Source: Lama glama
Lineage: Eukaryota
Reading direction: 5' to 3'
Assembly (NCBI GenBank): GCA_028534125.1
Contig: CM052818.1
Location: forward strand, 40,612,001-40,676,000
Length of the DNA stretch: 64,000 bases
Both the position numbers and the translations under genes were made by a program. Positions 50,126-64,000 of the stretch are shown here, piece after piece. Numbering within the stretch: position 1 is the stretch's first letter; every line of letters starts with the position of its first letter. The notes below the pieces were generated by a model. It was not told the DNA's origin, ran no database searches, and saw only the letters and a program-made list of their open reading frames with translations.

Positions 50126-52164
50126 GTAGTGAGAGGAAAGGCAGCGGAGATGGCAGTAGTGAAAGCTGCAGCAGCATTAGTTTCAAAAGGAAGGAGAACT
50201 CGCTGGTCTAGTGACATCAGTCCCTGAGGGAAGAGCCACGCGTCCATCCTTGACTTCGACTTAACTTCGTCATTCGGTCTCCACTGCAGTGTCCCTCATC
50301 TGTGATAGACACTTTGCTGGGCAATTCACATGGACCCACAACTTCAGCTTCTGGGAATGAGGGGACAGACAGGCACGAAGAATTCCTCCCACGACAATTA
50401 ACAGAACTCTGGCTCTTGGCTGACCTGGGCCCTTGGCAGCAGCTGCAGGACCTAAAACTCAGTCATCCTGGTTGGCCGAGAAAGACAAGGAACCACGTGC
50501 AGAGTCAGCGGGCAGAAACTGGATTTGACTCTCACCAACTCACTTCCTGCCCCTTTTCCATTTCTATTATTCACATGAACAGCCGAATTAGAAGATAATA
50601 GGGGTTTGTTTCGGAGAGTACAGTGAGTGCATTGTCACCGATCCTTCATACTCAGGAACACTCCTTCACAGGATACTGAAGCTTGGTGTTTGCTAAGAGG
50701 CATATAAGTCTGCTATATGCCTGCTCTGGAGATAAAACCCATGCATTTCAAATGCCATCAGGTTTGCTTGTCATCAGATGATTCAGCTGTCATCACCAGG
50801 AAAGTTTTCAGTTGTCTAACACCTTTCCTCTCCTCAGATGTAGAAGGACTTTGGGAAACTGAGTCTTTCTTTTTCCCAAAAAACACCACACTCTGTTTAC
50901 CACCCACCTACTGTTCTTCATTCTGGAAACGTAATGAGGGCTACTGTCAAGCTATTGGCACCCAAATGTCTAATGGAGCCACCCTGACTTTGAAGATCTA
51001 AATAAAATCGGCTTTCACTCCTAGCCCTCATCCTGAGGAGGTTCAGGACTCTCTCTAAACACTGATGAATTCCCAGGACTAACATCCTCATGCTACCTCT
51101 TCATCCTTGTCCTTCTGAGTCTTCCTCCCACCGATCTCCTGCTCTCCTCCACTCCTGCTGCTCTCTTCTCTGGCCCACCGACTCAAAATGTAACACCAGC
51201 CCTTTTCCCTGATTCCTCCAAAATGGGACACATGAGATAGTTGTGTGTAGTGAAATTCTCTTAAACAGCTGGACTGAGAGTAAGAGGTGACACACTTAAG
51301 ACAGAAAAATTAAACCTTCTTGTTCCCCAAAAATACTTCTGCCAAACCTTCTTTAGGGAATTTTTCCCTGATCATATTTATGTCTAATGCTTCCCTATCT
51401 CTTGCAAATTACAGTCATCTTTTTGGGGGGGGAGGGTCCACACCCAACTCAAAATTCTCTTCAGTTTTTTATGCAATAAAAGTCAAGTTTTCTCTTGGTC
51501 TCATCCCTCTCCTACCTCTGTAACCCAGAGGGTTCAAATCAGGCCCACCTATTCAAGAGTGTTTCTAAACAAAGACATCTCTCCTATAGCGAACTCTAAT
51601 GCAGGAAGTTCGGGTCCATACTTTCTCAGGGAAGCTGCATTATGGATCGGAGGAGGCACTGAACTAGACAGAAGACCTAAGTTTGAATCCTGGCTCTGCT
51701 GTTTCCTAGTTTTTTGACTTTGAGAAAAGTAACTTCCTCCCTCTGAGCTTTTCTCTTCCTCTGAAAGATACGTCTCATGAATCCCTTCCAGGGCTCACAC
51801 TAGGGCAAGTAAAAGATTGCATATGGAAATATTATTAGGATTGAGAAGTGATTGCTATATGCCAGGCAGTTTGGGTAACACAGAGCTAATATTGGAAAAC
51901 CTGACCCCTGCTCTCAGGAGCTTACACTTTAATTGAAGAGGACAAGAGATGAAGGCCATCTGTGAAGGACCAGGAGGCAAGAGGAGGGTGAAATCCTTAC
52001 AGGCTGAGAGCAGAAGGGCACACTTCCTGGGAAGTTGGGCTGGGCTCAAGCTGAGCTTTAAAGGGTGTGATGAGGGAAACAGAACAGCAAGACCGTGTCA
52101 GGCAAGGAGGAAGATAGGAAGGTAAGGCCAAATTTCCATGTGTCAGAAGATAAACTCAAGGTCT

Positions 52165-52290
52165 ATGTAGAGTTCCTTAAAACAGACGTTCAATGTCTTT
52201 TCTGAGAATCTGAGGAAACCTCTGGATCCTGTACACAGAATGTTTTGCACACAATTTCAGGAGGCTCTCCAACTCTCAGACTCCAGGAAA
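52165..52290. mobile_element. MER117-like hAT fragment
   Basis: 'ctgagaatctgaggaaacctctggatcct...ttttgcacacaatttcagg'. Confidence 0.55.
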
Positions 52291-55200
52291 AATCTTTCAT
52301 GTTTAGAGTTTTATTCTTCTATTTCCAGTCTTGAATCTCATTTTTATCTCTTTGGAGTCAAAACATTTCTATCTTAGCATGGGTCTATATTGATTTTTCC
52401 TGGAGTCTTTCTATGCACAGGAGTCGTTGGGGTTTTAGTTAGCACAAGAGATGAGATCCCTGTTTCTTGCCCATGTTCAAAAACAGGAAGAAAAAGGAGC
52501 CATGTAGATGAGGATCAAAATGTCATCTTAATTTGTGTTAAACATTATTTTGGGTGGTATGCCTTATAAATGTGCCAACAATAAACTTCCTGTCCCCAGG
52601 TTAGATCTTGGACCAGTAAACCAGTGAGAAATAGTGAGCCTACAGAGCAAACATGTTTAATTGGGACCACAACCATGCATCGCTCAAGGGAAAGAGCAGG
52701 AGAGTGGATTCCATTTGGTTAGAACTTTCAATACATTATCTCTACCAGATCAAGGAACATGTGCCAATCACTGTCTCTCCTTAACCAAGGAATTTACTCA
52801 ACTTCATTAAGGAAGAATAAGGCCTGGAGCAAGAGACCAGGGGCACTTGGTGGAAATCCCTCCTCATCGGATGAGGGAATGGGGAATAAATACGCTCTAA
52901 AAAGGTACCATTTCTTTCTTTCAATTATTCGGTCATTCAAGAGATACGCTCTGAGTTCCCAACACTTTCTTAATTGTAGGATCTAGGGATGAAACGGTGA
53001 AGATGAGACATGGTGTCTGCCCTCCTGGAGCTTTCTCTCTGGAGAATGAGACAGACATTAATCAATTAATTCTACCAATAATACATATTACTCACTGTAA
53101 TATGAGAGCAATAATTGAAGGGTATGCGATGCTGCCAGAGTGTCTAACGGGTGGCCTAGCAGAGTTAAGTCAGCAAGGTTTTCCCAAGAGACGCTTAGCA
53201 GACAAGGATGTTCTAGGTCTTTGACTCCTCTTCTTCCTTATGCCTTGACTTGGAGTGGATTTAAGGTCCTGGTACATGCTTTAGCACATCTCCAAGACAC
53301 AACCTTTGAGGTTGGCTCCAACCCAAAGTAAATGACCATCTTAAATCTCAAAGACCATATCTGTCATGTCCACCCCTAAAGTGACCCGCATTTGTCAGAT
53401 GATGTGGGTGGCTTTCCTCAGCTCACCTCCCAGAGATGGTTTCCCAGCAACTGTGTAACATAGGAGTGGTGGGATTCTAGAGAGAACTGAGTTTTTCTTG
53501 TCTTGAATGCAATATCTTGGATCATGAACAAAGTCAGAAGGTAAACATATAGAAGTAAAAATGAGTTAACGATACTTGAAAATACAGTTTTAATCAATAA
53601 AACACTCACAAATGAGTATAATAAAGAGTTGCTGGCTAATGGGCTATCAGTAATTCTAAAGACCCATATAACACCAAAAATTGGTTGAAAGTGAGTTTAT
53701 GCCAGTACATTAAGGAAATATAGAATTGTGACTCAATAAATGACATGGATAGGAAACAGAGAGTATGCATGGAAGTGGCAGTTTGGTTATGAGATCAGAA
53801 CAGAGGTTAATTCTGAAAGAGGTGCTTCCAAGGACATAGAAAAGAGATCCAGCACAAAGCTTCTCCACACCTCCTCTGAATGCCAGCATCAAAGGTAAAC
53901 AGAAGGCTGAGAACAAAGGAGAATTGCCTGATGTGGGCTGGGCAGGGCTGACTGTCCTGTATTACGAAGTCCAGACTCAGTGAGACAAAGACAAAGAAAG
54001 GCGCTGGGCAGGCTGGATGTAGGGGAAGTCAGGAGAGCCCATTACGATCCAGGCAGGATATTAGGATGTCCTATTGGAGGTGATACCAGTCCACAGGGAA
54101 AATTCAAGAAGAAAGAGAATGGGCTGGAGATTTAAGATGAGCAAGAGAAGAACAGTAAGTAAAGTTTGGGAGTGAAGTTTCAGACACAAATGGTCCTGTG
54201 CAGTTTCATTTGACAATGTTTGTTTATGTCAGTGCTCCTTTCAGAAACCCCCAGGGCCCTTCTCCACATTCCCGCAAGTGTGTCTGTAACACTTGTGCAA
54301 GAAAATCACTCTGGTTCTGGAGTCTAACAGATACCTCGGATAAGATTCTAGGAGAAGTCACTCCACCTTGTCAAACAAGAAGAGTACAGATACAGACTCT
54401 GTGATGCAACATAAAAGAAGATGCAGGAAAACGGAATTCATTGAAAGCATTCCATTAGCCACAACTGTAACCAAAGCAAATAAGAACATCACTTTTCTAT
54501 TATATATAAATAGAGAAACTATGAGCCAAATAGACATATGTGAGGTGGCAGAGGGCATGGTAGTGGGCAGGGAGGAAAAATGAAATCTTTTCATCCAAAA
54601 CACAAAGAATTGACTGGAGGATGGTAATTTTATGCCTTCTTGGTCAATGAGCTATAGAAATCTGAATCACATGCCCTTTGCCACGATGTCTCTAAAGTGT
54701 TTAAAATCTCTGGTTTTATCCCCTGCTGTCCCCATCTCTCACCGAAACATCCCGCTGTAAATGTTGTGTGTGTGTGTGTGTATCTTAGCTGATGAGTACT
54801 TAGCTCTGGGGCAAGTAAAGAGAATGTGGTTTATAGCATCTCAGTACCATCAGATCAGCCATGATTCAGAAGTAACAACAGGGATAGATTCTATTGTTGA
54901 GATATAATGGGTTTTGAAAACACAATAACACTCAATGACCGAACAGCTGGGATGTTTTATAACTGAGGAATAAAAATATCTATTACTTCGCTCTAAGAGA
55001 CTCAGGAGCTGTCTAAACTGCCATATATTCTTAGTATCATAACTCAAAACTATTCACTGACTCAAAGTTCCGAAGAACTCCAGGATATATATCACAGAAA
55101 CAGAAACTACTTAAGTGCCAGTTGGCTGAGACCTCCTACATCAAACTCCCACAGTTCAGAAGGCGGAGTAATGAACTTATATGTGTAGACTTTGGGAAGC

Positions 55201-56654
55201 CCATAAAGTTTAAGATCTTTCCAAAATTCATAACAGGAACACAATACATTTTAGTGTCTGACAGTTGTACTTTCTTTGGGAGAGAAAAATGAATGAACAG
55301 AGAACATCAATTGTCTCCAGTTCTCATTAAACCATCTAAGTACTTCAAGACTTCCTTCAGCTTACTGCACCCAATTTATTCTTAAACTAAGACAATTTTC
55401 ATTGAAATGGCTTTGTTTATATTTATTTTGAAATTAAAAGCTGTTTCTGCATGCTGACAAGGGCACGGTGAAACTAGCACTTTTGTACACTGAGGGCAAA
55501 TGTTTAGATCTGCACAGCCCACTTTCTGGTCGTGAACCTGTTATCTTTGTCCTCCCAGTCCCTTAGATTTAGAGTCTTCTCTTGACTTGAACAGCCACCA
55601 GTTTGGGGATTGCACATGCAATGTTCCCAATAATTATATGATATAAGAGCCTCAAAATGCCATTTTAAGATCTGATTCTGCACTGGAAATGAGAGGACTG
55701 GGGACCAGATACAAACAAACATGAAACTATTAGATTAAAAAAAAAAAAGATGGTCATAGAGGAAAAAGTGCACAAAGTAAGACAAAAACACAACAACAAC
55801 AAAAGCCATCACAAACCAGTAAATGAATTGAAGAAATCGAATGGCATGAAGCCATCAAAATCACCGATTTGAAGATGAATTTATGCTAGGTGAAATTAAA
55901 TTTATGGATAGTCCCCAAAATATTAAAACACATATATCTAGGATGCTTAAATCCATACACTAATGTCTTTGTTATCAAAAGCTTGTCGTTCTATCTAGAA
56001 AGGAGAGGAAGAGAGAAGGAGTGAGGTAGGAGATGTGGAGAAAAAGGGAGAAAGAAGGAGAGAGAAGAGGCCAGGGAGAAACACACCCCAGCCATGACTG
56101 TTTTCACCTTGATAGCAGGTGGTCACTCCCAACACTTATCCAGTTGGATGATTTTACACCTTGTTGGCCAGAGAGAATTCTGGGATAAAAACGTCTGAAA
56201 TATATAAATTTTAAGAACAAGCATATGTTCTGAAATCATAGATACTGCATGTTATTGTTTCATTGCATACACAGGATTTTGCATTCAAGGGGAAAATCAT
56301 TCCTTCGAGAAGCTCAAGGCATTTTATAAAATCTCATTCCAATCAACCCCTCTAGTAGATTAATAAATCATTGTTAAAAGACAGTATTCTCAGTGGGCAG
56401 GTAGACACATGTTTAAAACTCTGGCAATAGCTACATACTTCCCTTTTCCTGATTTCTCCATCAAGGCCCTCTTTAAAATATGACTATTGAAAAAAATATA
56501 TTTCTGCAGGAAGCCACGAAGCTTTTTTTAAAAAGGAGAAAGAAACAGGACTCTCTTTAGACTTGTGTTTTATTTATTTTCAGAAATCTTGGATATAGCA
56601 CACTGTCAAACATCTAAACATACAAAATGAGGGTCAAAGTTTTAAAAACAAAAG

Positions 56655-57070
56655 TGACTGCATCAGATAGGTCGTGTTTACACCCCCAGGCCCATTTTCC
56701 TTCCTCTTCATCCAGCTCTGTGCCCAGGAGGCCAACCTCTGAGGCTGCATCCCTGGGACCCTTTGCTTCTTGCTTCCTGTTGGGTTCAGCCATGAGGGAA
56801 GGCACCAGCAGGCGGCCAGGGGGTGAGGACAGAGGAAGGTGGAGGTATTTATTTCCCTGCTCCCTCCCTATTGGGCCACAATTTGGGTGTGGCTGCCCTC
56901 CCTACAGCCACACAGCTCCTGTCGGGTGTCCCCATCTGTGGTTTCAGCTCTTGTGGCATTGAAGTAGCCTGCCTCTCTTTTTGCCTGGTCAGATTGAAGG
57001 AGGTAATGGCTTCCCACCCTTGCCAGTCCCTCTGTGTCACCATCCATTATTAGCATCCTTAACACTGCTT
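56655..57070 (+). mobile_element. ERVL LTR33-like fragment
   Basis: 'gctctgtgcccaggaggccaacctct..ggctgcatc...gcttcctgttgggttcagcca'. Confidence 0.75.
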
Positions 57071-60000
57071 CCTCTTCTAGACACTGCAGGAGCTGAGAGC
57101 TGATTCATTCCAATAGGTCACTGGAGACAATCAGGAGATGGCCTGAGCAGACAGAAGAGAGGGTGAACAAGTGTGGTCAGCCCCTCTTGGCTGAAGAACA
57201 GATGATACTTCCTTGGAGATGAGAAAGAGCAAACTTGAATTCGATTCAACCTTACACAGTTCACTTAGAGGTGAAATGTCAGACATCCATGATTAGCAAA
57301 ATAATTTAATTTAAATGTTCAACAAATCTAGTTACAATGGGATCTGTAGAGTCCTGAGTGAGTCCTTCTCAAGCTGTATGGTTGGTCTTAACAGCTTCCT
57401 TTTCAAACCCAGAAATGCTGCGTTGTTATATCTAAAAATACCTAAAGCCAGGTGGATCTGGCCAACCATATATTTATTTAGTAGGTGCTTAGGTGAGGAC
57501 AGATACTGCCCAACCCACCTGGCAGAAAGCAGTCTCTGAATACAGAGAGTTAAACTTTCAGGAAAAAGAGAGAGAGAAAACACAGAAAATTTCAAAAATT
57601 TAGAGCAGAAGGAAGCCATAAACATCTCCTGTATGAATTCCTTCACATACCATTTTCCTCAGAAAAGGAAACTGAGATTCCAAAAGAATTAGGAACTCAA
57701 TCACTCTTACTAGAATCCCGGTCTCTGTATTCCCAGAATGCTCCTGTCCAGAAGGATAAATGGCCAGGATCACATCTAATTCTCTGGGCTCACCCCTGTG
57801 GATAGTTGTCAACTTTTCAGGCTCTTGCAAATATGGAAATCTTTGAGATACGGGAAGATGTCCAATGTGTCTTAAGTGTACACTGCCATGTGCGCTGATT
57901 GTTAACATTTCTTGAGAGATTAAAGGGATATGTGCTTTTTTCACCAAGAAAAATCACAAGTTTATTACAAAGTCATCAATAGACTTTCCTTTGGATCTCT
58001 GCACATGGAAAAATATCAGTATCTAAGCTCAAACTGGCCACTTCCTTGAGGCTAATTAATTGAGTTGCTTCCTTGTAAGCAGTTCGGCTGTGGACTAACG
58101 ATTATACTATGAATCAACATGACATGTAGTGGAACATGTTTTTTGTTTCATGGAAACAGTTTCCAAAATAGCCATTCAGATGGGAAGACATTCTCACTGG
58201 AATGTTTACAAATCAATTTCCCCACCATCATTTCACTGGACCTCCCTTGCCATCTGTGGCACCTTCATGCAGACTCCCTTGTCCTCGAGACTGGGAAAAG
58301 AAGGCATCTGCTCCACGTGATCTGACTGCACAGGGACCACTGGAGACAAAAGATAGACTAGGCTATTTGAGAAGGACATGATGATGCCTAACTGATAACA
58401 TTTATGATGGTGATTCCTGGGTTTCCTCAAGTGGGAAGAACAGTTTTAGAGGGAGATGCAGCTCTTCATATTCACCAACTAAGTAGAAAGTCGGAAGTTT
58501 GTTAACACCAATAGCTGTGCTGCCAACAGTTGGCTACAAGGGCCAGGTGTCTATCAAGACCAGAATAGTGGGTAAGAGTAGTTACAGAGCAAGTCGTACT
58601 GGTGGTCTAATACTAAATATCCAGGTAGACCCTTAGGACTGGATAGAGTCCAGGGATCCGACTGAAGAATGCAGCCATGTAGCAGGGCAGTGAGTTCACA
58701 GGCAGATCCAAAATGCAGAAATAAGCTCATAGGAAAAGAGAAAGATCAATTCTAATATAGATAGCAAAAATCCCAAACCAAGAGCCCAAGATCTATTCTG
58801 TCTTGCTCAGGGGTTATGGTCAGGGATTGCTGAAAGCGTAAGAAAATCATGGATAACTTTATAGAAAGATGGCAGCAGATAGAAGACAATTGGTCATGGA
58901 AAGTTTCTAGACTTTGTGGATTTTTTTTTTTTCTGGCAAGAAAAGAGGGACACTAATGCCCTTTCTACTTTAGACCTTCTTTGGCTACTTCAATGGGTCT
59001 AAGATTGTTCAAAGGTATTTGTTACTTAATTCCATAGATTAGGAAACAAAGACCAATGAGGCAAAGGGATTTACTTAGGGCCACCCAGCTAAGAAATGGC
59101 TCCCCCTGACCTAGAGCCAAGGTCTACTAATAGCAGTGAGGCAGAAAGAGCACAAGATAAGAAGTTAAAGAAAAAAATTGGTCCTAATTCTGTTGCTTGG
59201 TTTAACCCCTTCATCTCCCTGCCTTCTTCATCTATAAAATGGAGTTAATAACAACTATTTCATAGGATTATCATATGAATTAAATTACATAAAATAAGTA
59301 TATACGCTATCAAGCAACCTGATCATGTCTGTCCCATGGCCACACTTATTCGGAAGACTTTAGGAAACAAAACTAAACAATTTCAACCTGTCATGAAAAC
59401 TTTCAGATAGCAGATTATGTATGCTATCAGTTCCAAAACAATTCCTTTCCTTCCACTCGAAAGAGAACTACATCAACACATAAGAACGTGCTGACCACCT
59501 ATTATGTGTAGCCCCACCATGTGCTGCACAAACTCAAGGCATCTGACCCATAAATGTCATAAATGATATCCTTTTTATGAACACCCAAAATATGACTAAT
59601 GCAGAAAACAGAATAAAGACAATATAACATTTCATCTCAATGAGAACTTTGGCCCCCAAAGTCTGTGAACATTTCTCAGAGCGCTGAGAATCAGCCTTTT
59701 CAGGCATTCCCAGGCTTAGATTAGTGATTCCCACGAATGCTCTTTAGGGAGATCCCTGACATGGCCCGGATATACAGCAGGGTATCTGTCAAGTTGCTAA
59801 AGGCTTAAACAAGGGATCTTAGCACTTCATAAATCTAAAGCTCAAAGGGTTCTGTTTTTTATATTTTGCTCACGCCACATCATCCCCACCATCACTATTA
59901 ATCACAGGTATCCTATTGAGATGCGCTTTCTTTAGTTTGGGGGAGTTTACACATTTCCCATCACCAGGGAGCGAAAAACAAAGAATGGTTTTGGTGTATG

Positions 60001-61321
60001 TCCCAATTTATCTAGCAAAATGGCTTTGTTACCAGCTTAAGGATCCAAAGACTAGCTTTCCCAAATCCTCCAGCGTCTCCTCACGGCTTTGTAAAATTGA
60101 GTAATCTCAACAATAGGAACTTAAAAAAAAAAAGTTTTAAAGGTCAGAGAAATAATTGGATGCGATGTTCTGAAGAGGAAAAGATAGAAGTGATAGCAAT
60201 TCTAAACTGAAATCACGTCTTAAAAAGGAGTGGAGCCAATTGCCCATTCTTTTATTCTCCTACCCTGGGTCCTAGGTTTGCAGGACACTTTTGGGGTCTG
60301 AGCATTTGTCCCCTCATGTGTTGAAGATGAAGGTGATATTTATGGCCCCCTGAACTGTGATTTGGTGGCTGCTGGGCCCCCCTCCCCATATTTAGGCTGC
60401 TGATTCCCCCAAGTGGAGCCACGAGGGGTCCACTGTACCTGTCATTGTCATTTGAATAAGAGGGACCGTGACTTCACCCCTCATCACCGTCCTTCCCCCA
60501 CGCCATGCGCCTGTTTCATTGTCTTCTGCTAGGTAGTTTTAAGGCTCAGGCAGAAGGGTAGGACCTACTCAGTACTGACTCAGTTGCCTTTTCTTACCTC
60601 GGGAGACAGTTTGCTTCTAGTCGTACTACAACGGAAAACACCCTCTGGTCAGGTCTTAGGAACCACTGTAAAACTCTCTCTAATTTATTGTACATTTTAA
60701 ACGAAAATGGACTTGGAGTTTAAGCTTAAGCATGAGCAGCGTAACTTTTCATTATCTTCCACGGGGACATAATCCTAACAACACAGTGTAGAAGTGTTCC
60801 CCACACAGACTGGCAAGTTTTCCTTCTTCTCAGCAACCCCCATCCTGTGAGACAATAACAAATGGAACTTTATAAAACCCTCTAAGCGGAAGAGAGACAG
60901 TGTCAGTTATCACTCCCGCCCGAACCAAAAACAAAACAACACCCTACCCCCCCACAAAAAATACACTGAATTAACAGCCCAATTCTTAGCCCTTTGAACA
61001 CCCAAGCCTTGCAGAAAGGAGGCACTCAGGCAATGACGAAGGGGCAGTGGACTGTGGCTGGAGGGAGGGCTTTCTTAGCTCTGCCACGTGATAGAAATTT
61101 CTCAGCTGGAAGCAAAGCCAGAGGCCACAGGGTAGCTACGGTGTCTCCGACTGTGCCCTGCACAAGGATGCCCACCTGAGGACAGGGGCTGAAATCAAGA
61201 ACAGTAAGTGCTCACCTAAAGCTTAGAAAAGGTGTATTTTTTTAATTCCCCCAAAGACCCATCCACTTGGCAAACCTTGTGCCCGCAAGGCCGCTGGGCT
61301 GTCCTCATGGAAGACCAGAGA

Positions 61322-61340
61322 GTGCACCACCTGGCGGGTG
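61322..61340 (-). promoter_or_regulatory. Candidate CTCF binding site
   Basis: Reverse complement CCGCCAGGTGGTG (61325-61337), one deviation from the core consensus. Confidence 0.35.
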
Positions 61341-61780
61341 AGAGGCTTCCACCATGCGTGCCCCTGCTCAGCTCAGCCACCTCCTCTGGCTAGTCTCTCC
61401 TGAGGAAAGAGGCGAGAAGGAGAAGGAACAGGAGGAGAGGGGAGCAGTGGATGGGCAGAGGAGAATAGAGTGGGAAGCATTTTTGCTCAAAATTAATAGG
61501 AATCAGGTCCAGCTGCATGCAGCCCACCCTGGCTGGTTTCCTGGAATGTCTCATTTTGACCTTGGCAAGCCAAACGTCAGTATTTTCTCCAACCAGAGGC
61601 TGAATGGGGTGCAGCTGCTCTGCCTGTCAGTGTCCAAGCCTGGCTGCGCGGCTTGATGTCCCTTCCCCTGCTTTCTCTGCCCCAGTCCCACACAACATAC
61701 ACAACCTTGCTGCTTTCTGCCTGCGGGGCCAATGGGAGACTCAACTAAGCTCATGGAAATGTTCTAGCAAGAGGGGGGCA

Positions 61781-62225
61781 CCTAGAGATTGTCATTCTGA
61801 GTGAAGTAAGCCAGAAAGAGAAAGAAAAATACCATAAGATGTCACTCATAAATGGAATCTAAAAAAAAAGAAAAGAAAAAGAAAAAAAGGACACTATGAA
61901 CTCATCTAAAACAGAAACAGACTCAAAGACATAGTCAAGAATCTCATGGTTACCGGGGAAAGGGGGTGGGAACGGATAAACTTGGGAGTTTAAGATTTAT
62001 AAATGTTAGCCACTATATATAAAAATAGATTTTTAAAAAGTTTCTGCTGTATAGCACAGGGAACTATGCTCAATATCTTGTAATAACCTTTAATGAAAAA
62101 GAATATGAAAGCAAATACATGTATATGTATGCATGACTGAGACATTGTGCTGTATGCCAGAAATTGACACATTGTAACTGACGGTACTTCAATTTTAAAA
62201 AAATCAAAAATTCTATTAAGAAAAA
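61781..62225 (+). mobile_element. 5'-truncated L1 3' end (same subfamily as the U6-fused piece)
   Basis: 'cctagagattgtcattctgagtgaagtaagccagaaagag...' to an A-rich tail; degenerate TSD aagaggggggca / aagagggagagca. Confidence 0.92.
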
Positions 62226-62479
62226 AAGAGGGAGAGCAAAAACCCTACTCTTCCGCATCTACAGGAGTTATTTGTAAACCTATCCTCACTTCTCTGTCTT
62301 TCAGGAGAGATATAAGATGTGAATATGGTGGTTGTCTGGTCCACGATGTCTTCCCTAATCTGTCGTTGCCACCCTGATTCGTCAGCCTTGGGTATAAACA
62401 TTGCCTACATTGCACTGATGCTCTGACAGCACTGAACCACTCCTCACTCAAGCTTCCTCACCATCAAGGGTCAACACTT

Positions 62480-62722
62480 GCATTTCCTCTAACACTGTCG
62501 TGACTTGCTCCCATTGCAACGCTCATCTCTACCACTGCATCGAGCACATCATATTATAATAATTGTGTGTGGCTAGTCACTCTACTGAAATTATGTCAGG
62601 TATTTAAGGAAAAGCACCATGTCTTATTCAACCTCTGAATTTTCAGGACTTAACGCAGTGCCTGGCACTGGTCAGTGCTCCGTGAGTGCTACCTGAATAA
62701 ATGACTAAATTGAATGAATGAC
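62480..62722 (+). mobile_element. L2 3' tail
   Basis: 'catgtcttattca...cagtgcctggcac...tgaataaatgactaaattgaatgaatg'. Confidence 0.75.
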
Positions 62723-63129
62723 AGTGGAAGTGGGATCAGTGAGCATAATTTAGTTTGGGGTGAATTTAGATGAGAATAAGTTTGTAACCTCAAGGGAATT
62801 TTGAATCAAGAATTTCTTTCTCTTCTTTCTGTCTTCCTTCCTTTCTATCTTCCTTAATTTCTTTTCCTTTCTTTCCTATTCTTCTTTTCTTCCTTTCTGA
62901 TTTTGTTTTAAGGAATGCTTAAACTGATTGATAGGCTGAATGAAAGAAGGTGAAGATAAAGGACACTGTTGATAACATGTGTGGATGGGGAACAAAAAGT
63001 TGAGGGATATCACACAGACTGTCTCATTTTTCTCGGTGAAAACAAAGGGAAATGGTGCAGATGATGAGAAAAATTCTTCAAATGGGACCATAAAATGATA
63101 CAATATCTATGAATTGAGGGTCCCAGTGA

Positions 63130-63545
63130 TAGAATTGCTCTAGTGTTCAGCAAGTTAGGAAAGCCTGGGTTTCTATAGACAAGGGAAATAAAACAAGAGG
63201 AAGCTGACAGGCTGGATGAAGTAGGAGAATCTGAAACTGGAGGTCACTGGAAAACAGAAGAGAGAGATTGTGAGAAAATGCAGATCAGAGGTCTTGGAGG
63301 ATAGGGGACTGTGATCAGGTCTCTAACATGGAGTGGTTCCAAGTGATGCTGAGGAATGTGCGCTGACGGAAAAAAGGGAGGTACAGCCACTAAGTGGAGG
63401 CGGTGGAAGAACTGTAAGGCCAAAGTGCAGGCTGTCCTTCACACAGGTCCTGAAGTCACTCAAGATGACAGCAGGACTTGGAATGGAGAAGAAGCTATGA
63501 TGCAGACATTAGACCTAAAAAAGCTGTGTTTACCCATGAGTGAGG
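63130..63545 (-). mobile_element. L2 internal (ORF2) remnant
   Basis: Purine-rich antisense L2-like sequence, 'tgaagtcactcaagatgacagcagga'. Confidence 0.5.
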
Positions 63546-64000
63546 AAGTAATGGTCCACAAGTAGATGCAAGAGGGAGTTAGAGTTTTCCAGTGTCCCTT
63601 CTCCAAAACCCTCCATTCTGGGGTCTTATTCCCAGGAATCAACACACAGGTTTTCTACCATTCATTCGCTAATGCACTTCGCAATTTGACTCCACAGTTC
63701 TCAACTCTTCCTTTGGCAGAGGTTGTAGGCACCAACTTCTTTTACCCCCTTTAGAAGCTGTCACCATCTATCACAGTCTTCAGAATAATGCTTCCCCAAG
63801 TCCAGCTGTGGAAGATCAAGTTCTCATACCACGCCAGGGCAGCCCAGACATGTTCTTGTGCAACTCAAGACCTCTGTTGAAACCTTGTATCCCAAGCACC
63901 CATGGAGCGAAGTGGGAGAAGAAGTGTGGGAACAAAGGAACACGGTGTGAGGGGTTGCTCTGTCCTAAGATAGTCTGGTACAGAGTTGGCAACGCGGGGA

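Noticed and set aside
1..64000. CRISPR arrays, operons, defence systems or non-retroviral viral inserts
   Set aside because: The sequence is mammalian throughout; I saw no spaced direct-repeat array, long ORF or compositionally foreign segment.

Overview
This is a repeat-rich, CpG-depleted mammalian intronic or intergenic window. It is very probably from a camelid, because it carries a tRNA-derived Vic-1-type SINE with a clean target-site duplication (TSD). I found no protein-coding exon I can recognise; the ORF track consists of chance ORFs, L1 ORF2 remnants and N-gap artefacts. Much of the window is transposable-element debris: MIR, L2, CR1/L3, MLT1 and ERV LTRs, hAT MITEs, and L1 3' ends from several subfamilies. 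The most notable structure is a full-length U6 snRNA retrocopy fused directly to an L1 3' end (U6/L1 chimera, 12996-13323), immediately downstream of a twin-primed, 5'-inverted L1. This class of chimera is already known in mammals, so I do not claim a new system. Lesser points are a second inverted L1 with palindromic junction filler, a templated-insertion-like patchwork, three CTCF-like motifs, an enhancer-like island, weak minus-strand exon candidates and a 500-N scaffold gap. Repeat family names come from recalled consensus sequences, and the boundaries of old elements are approximate.
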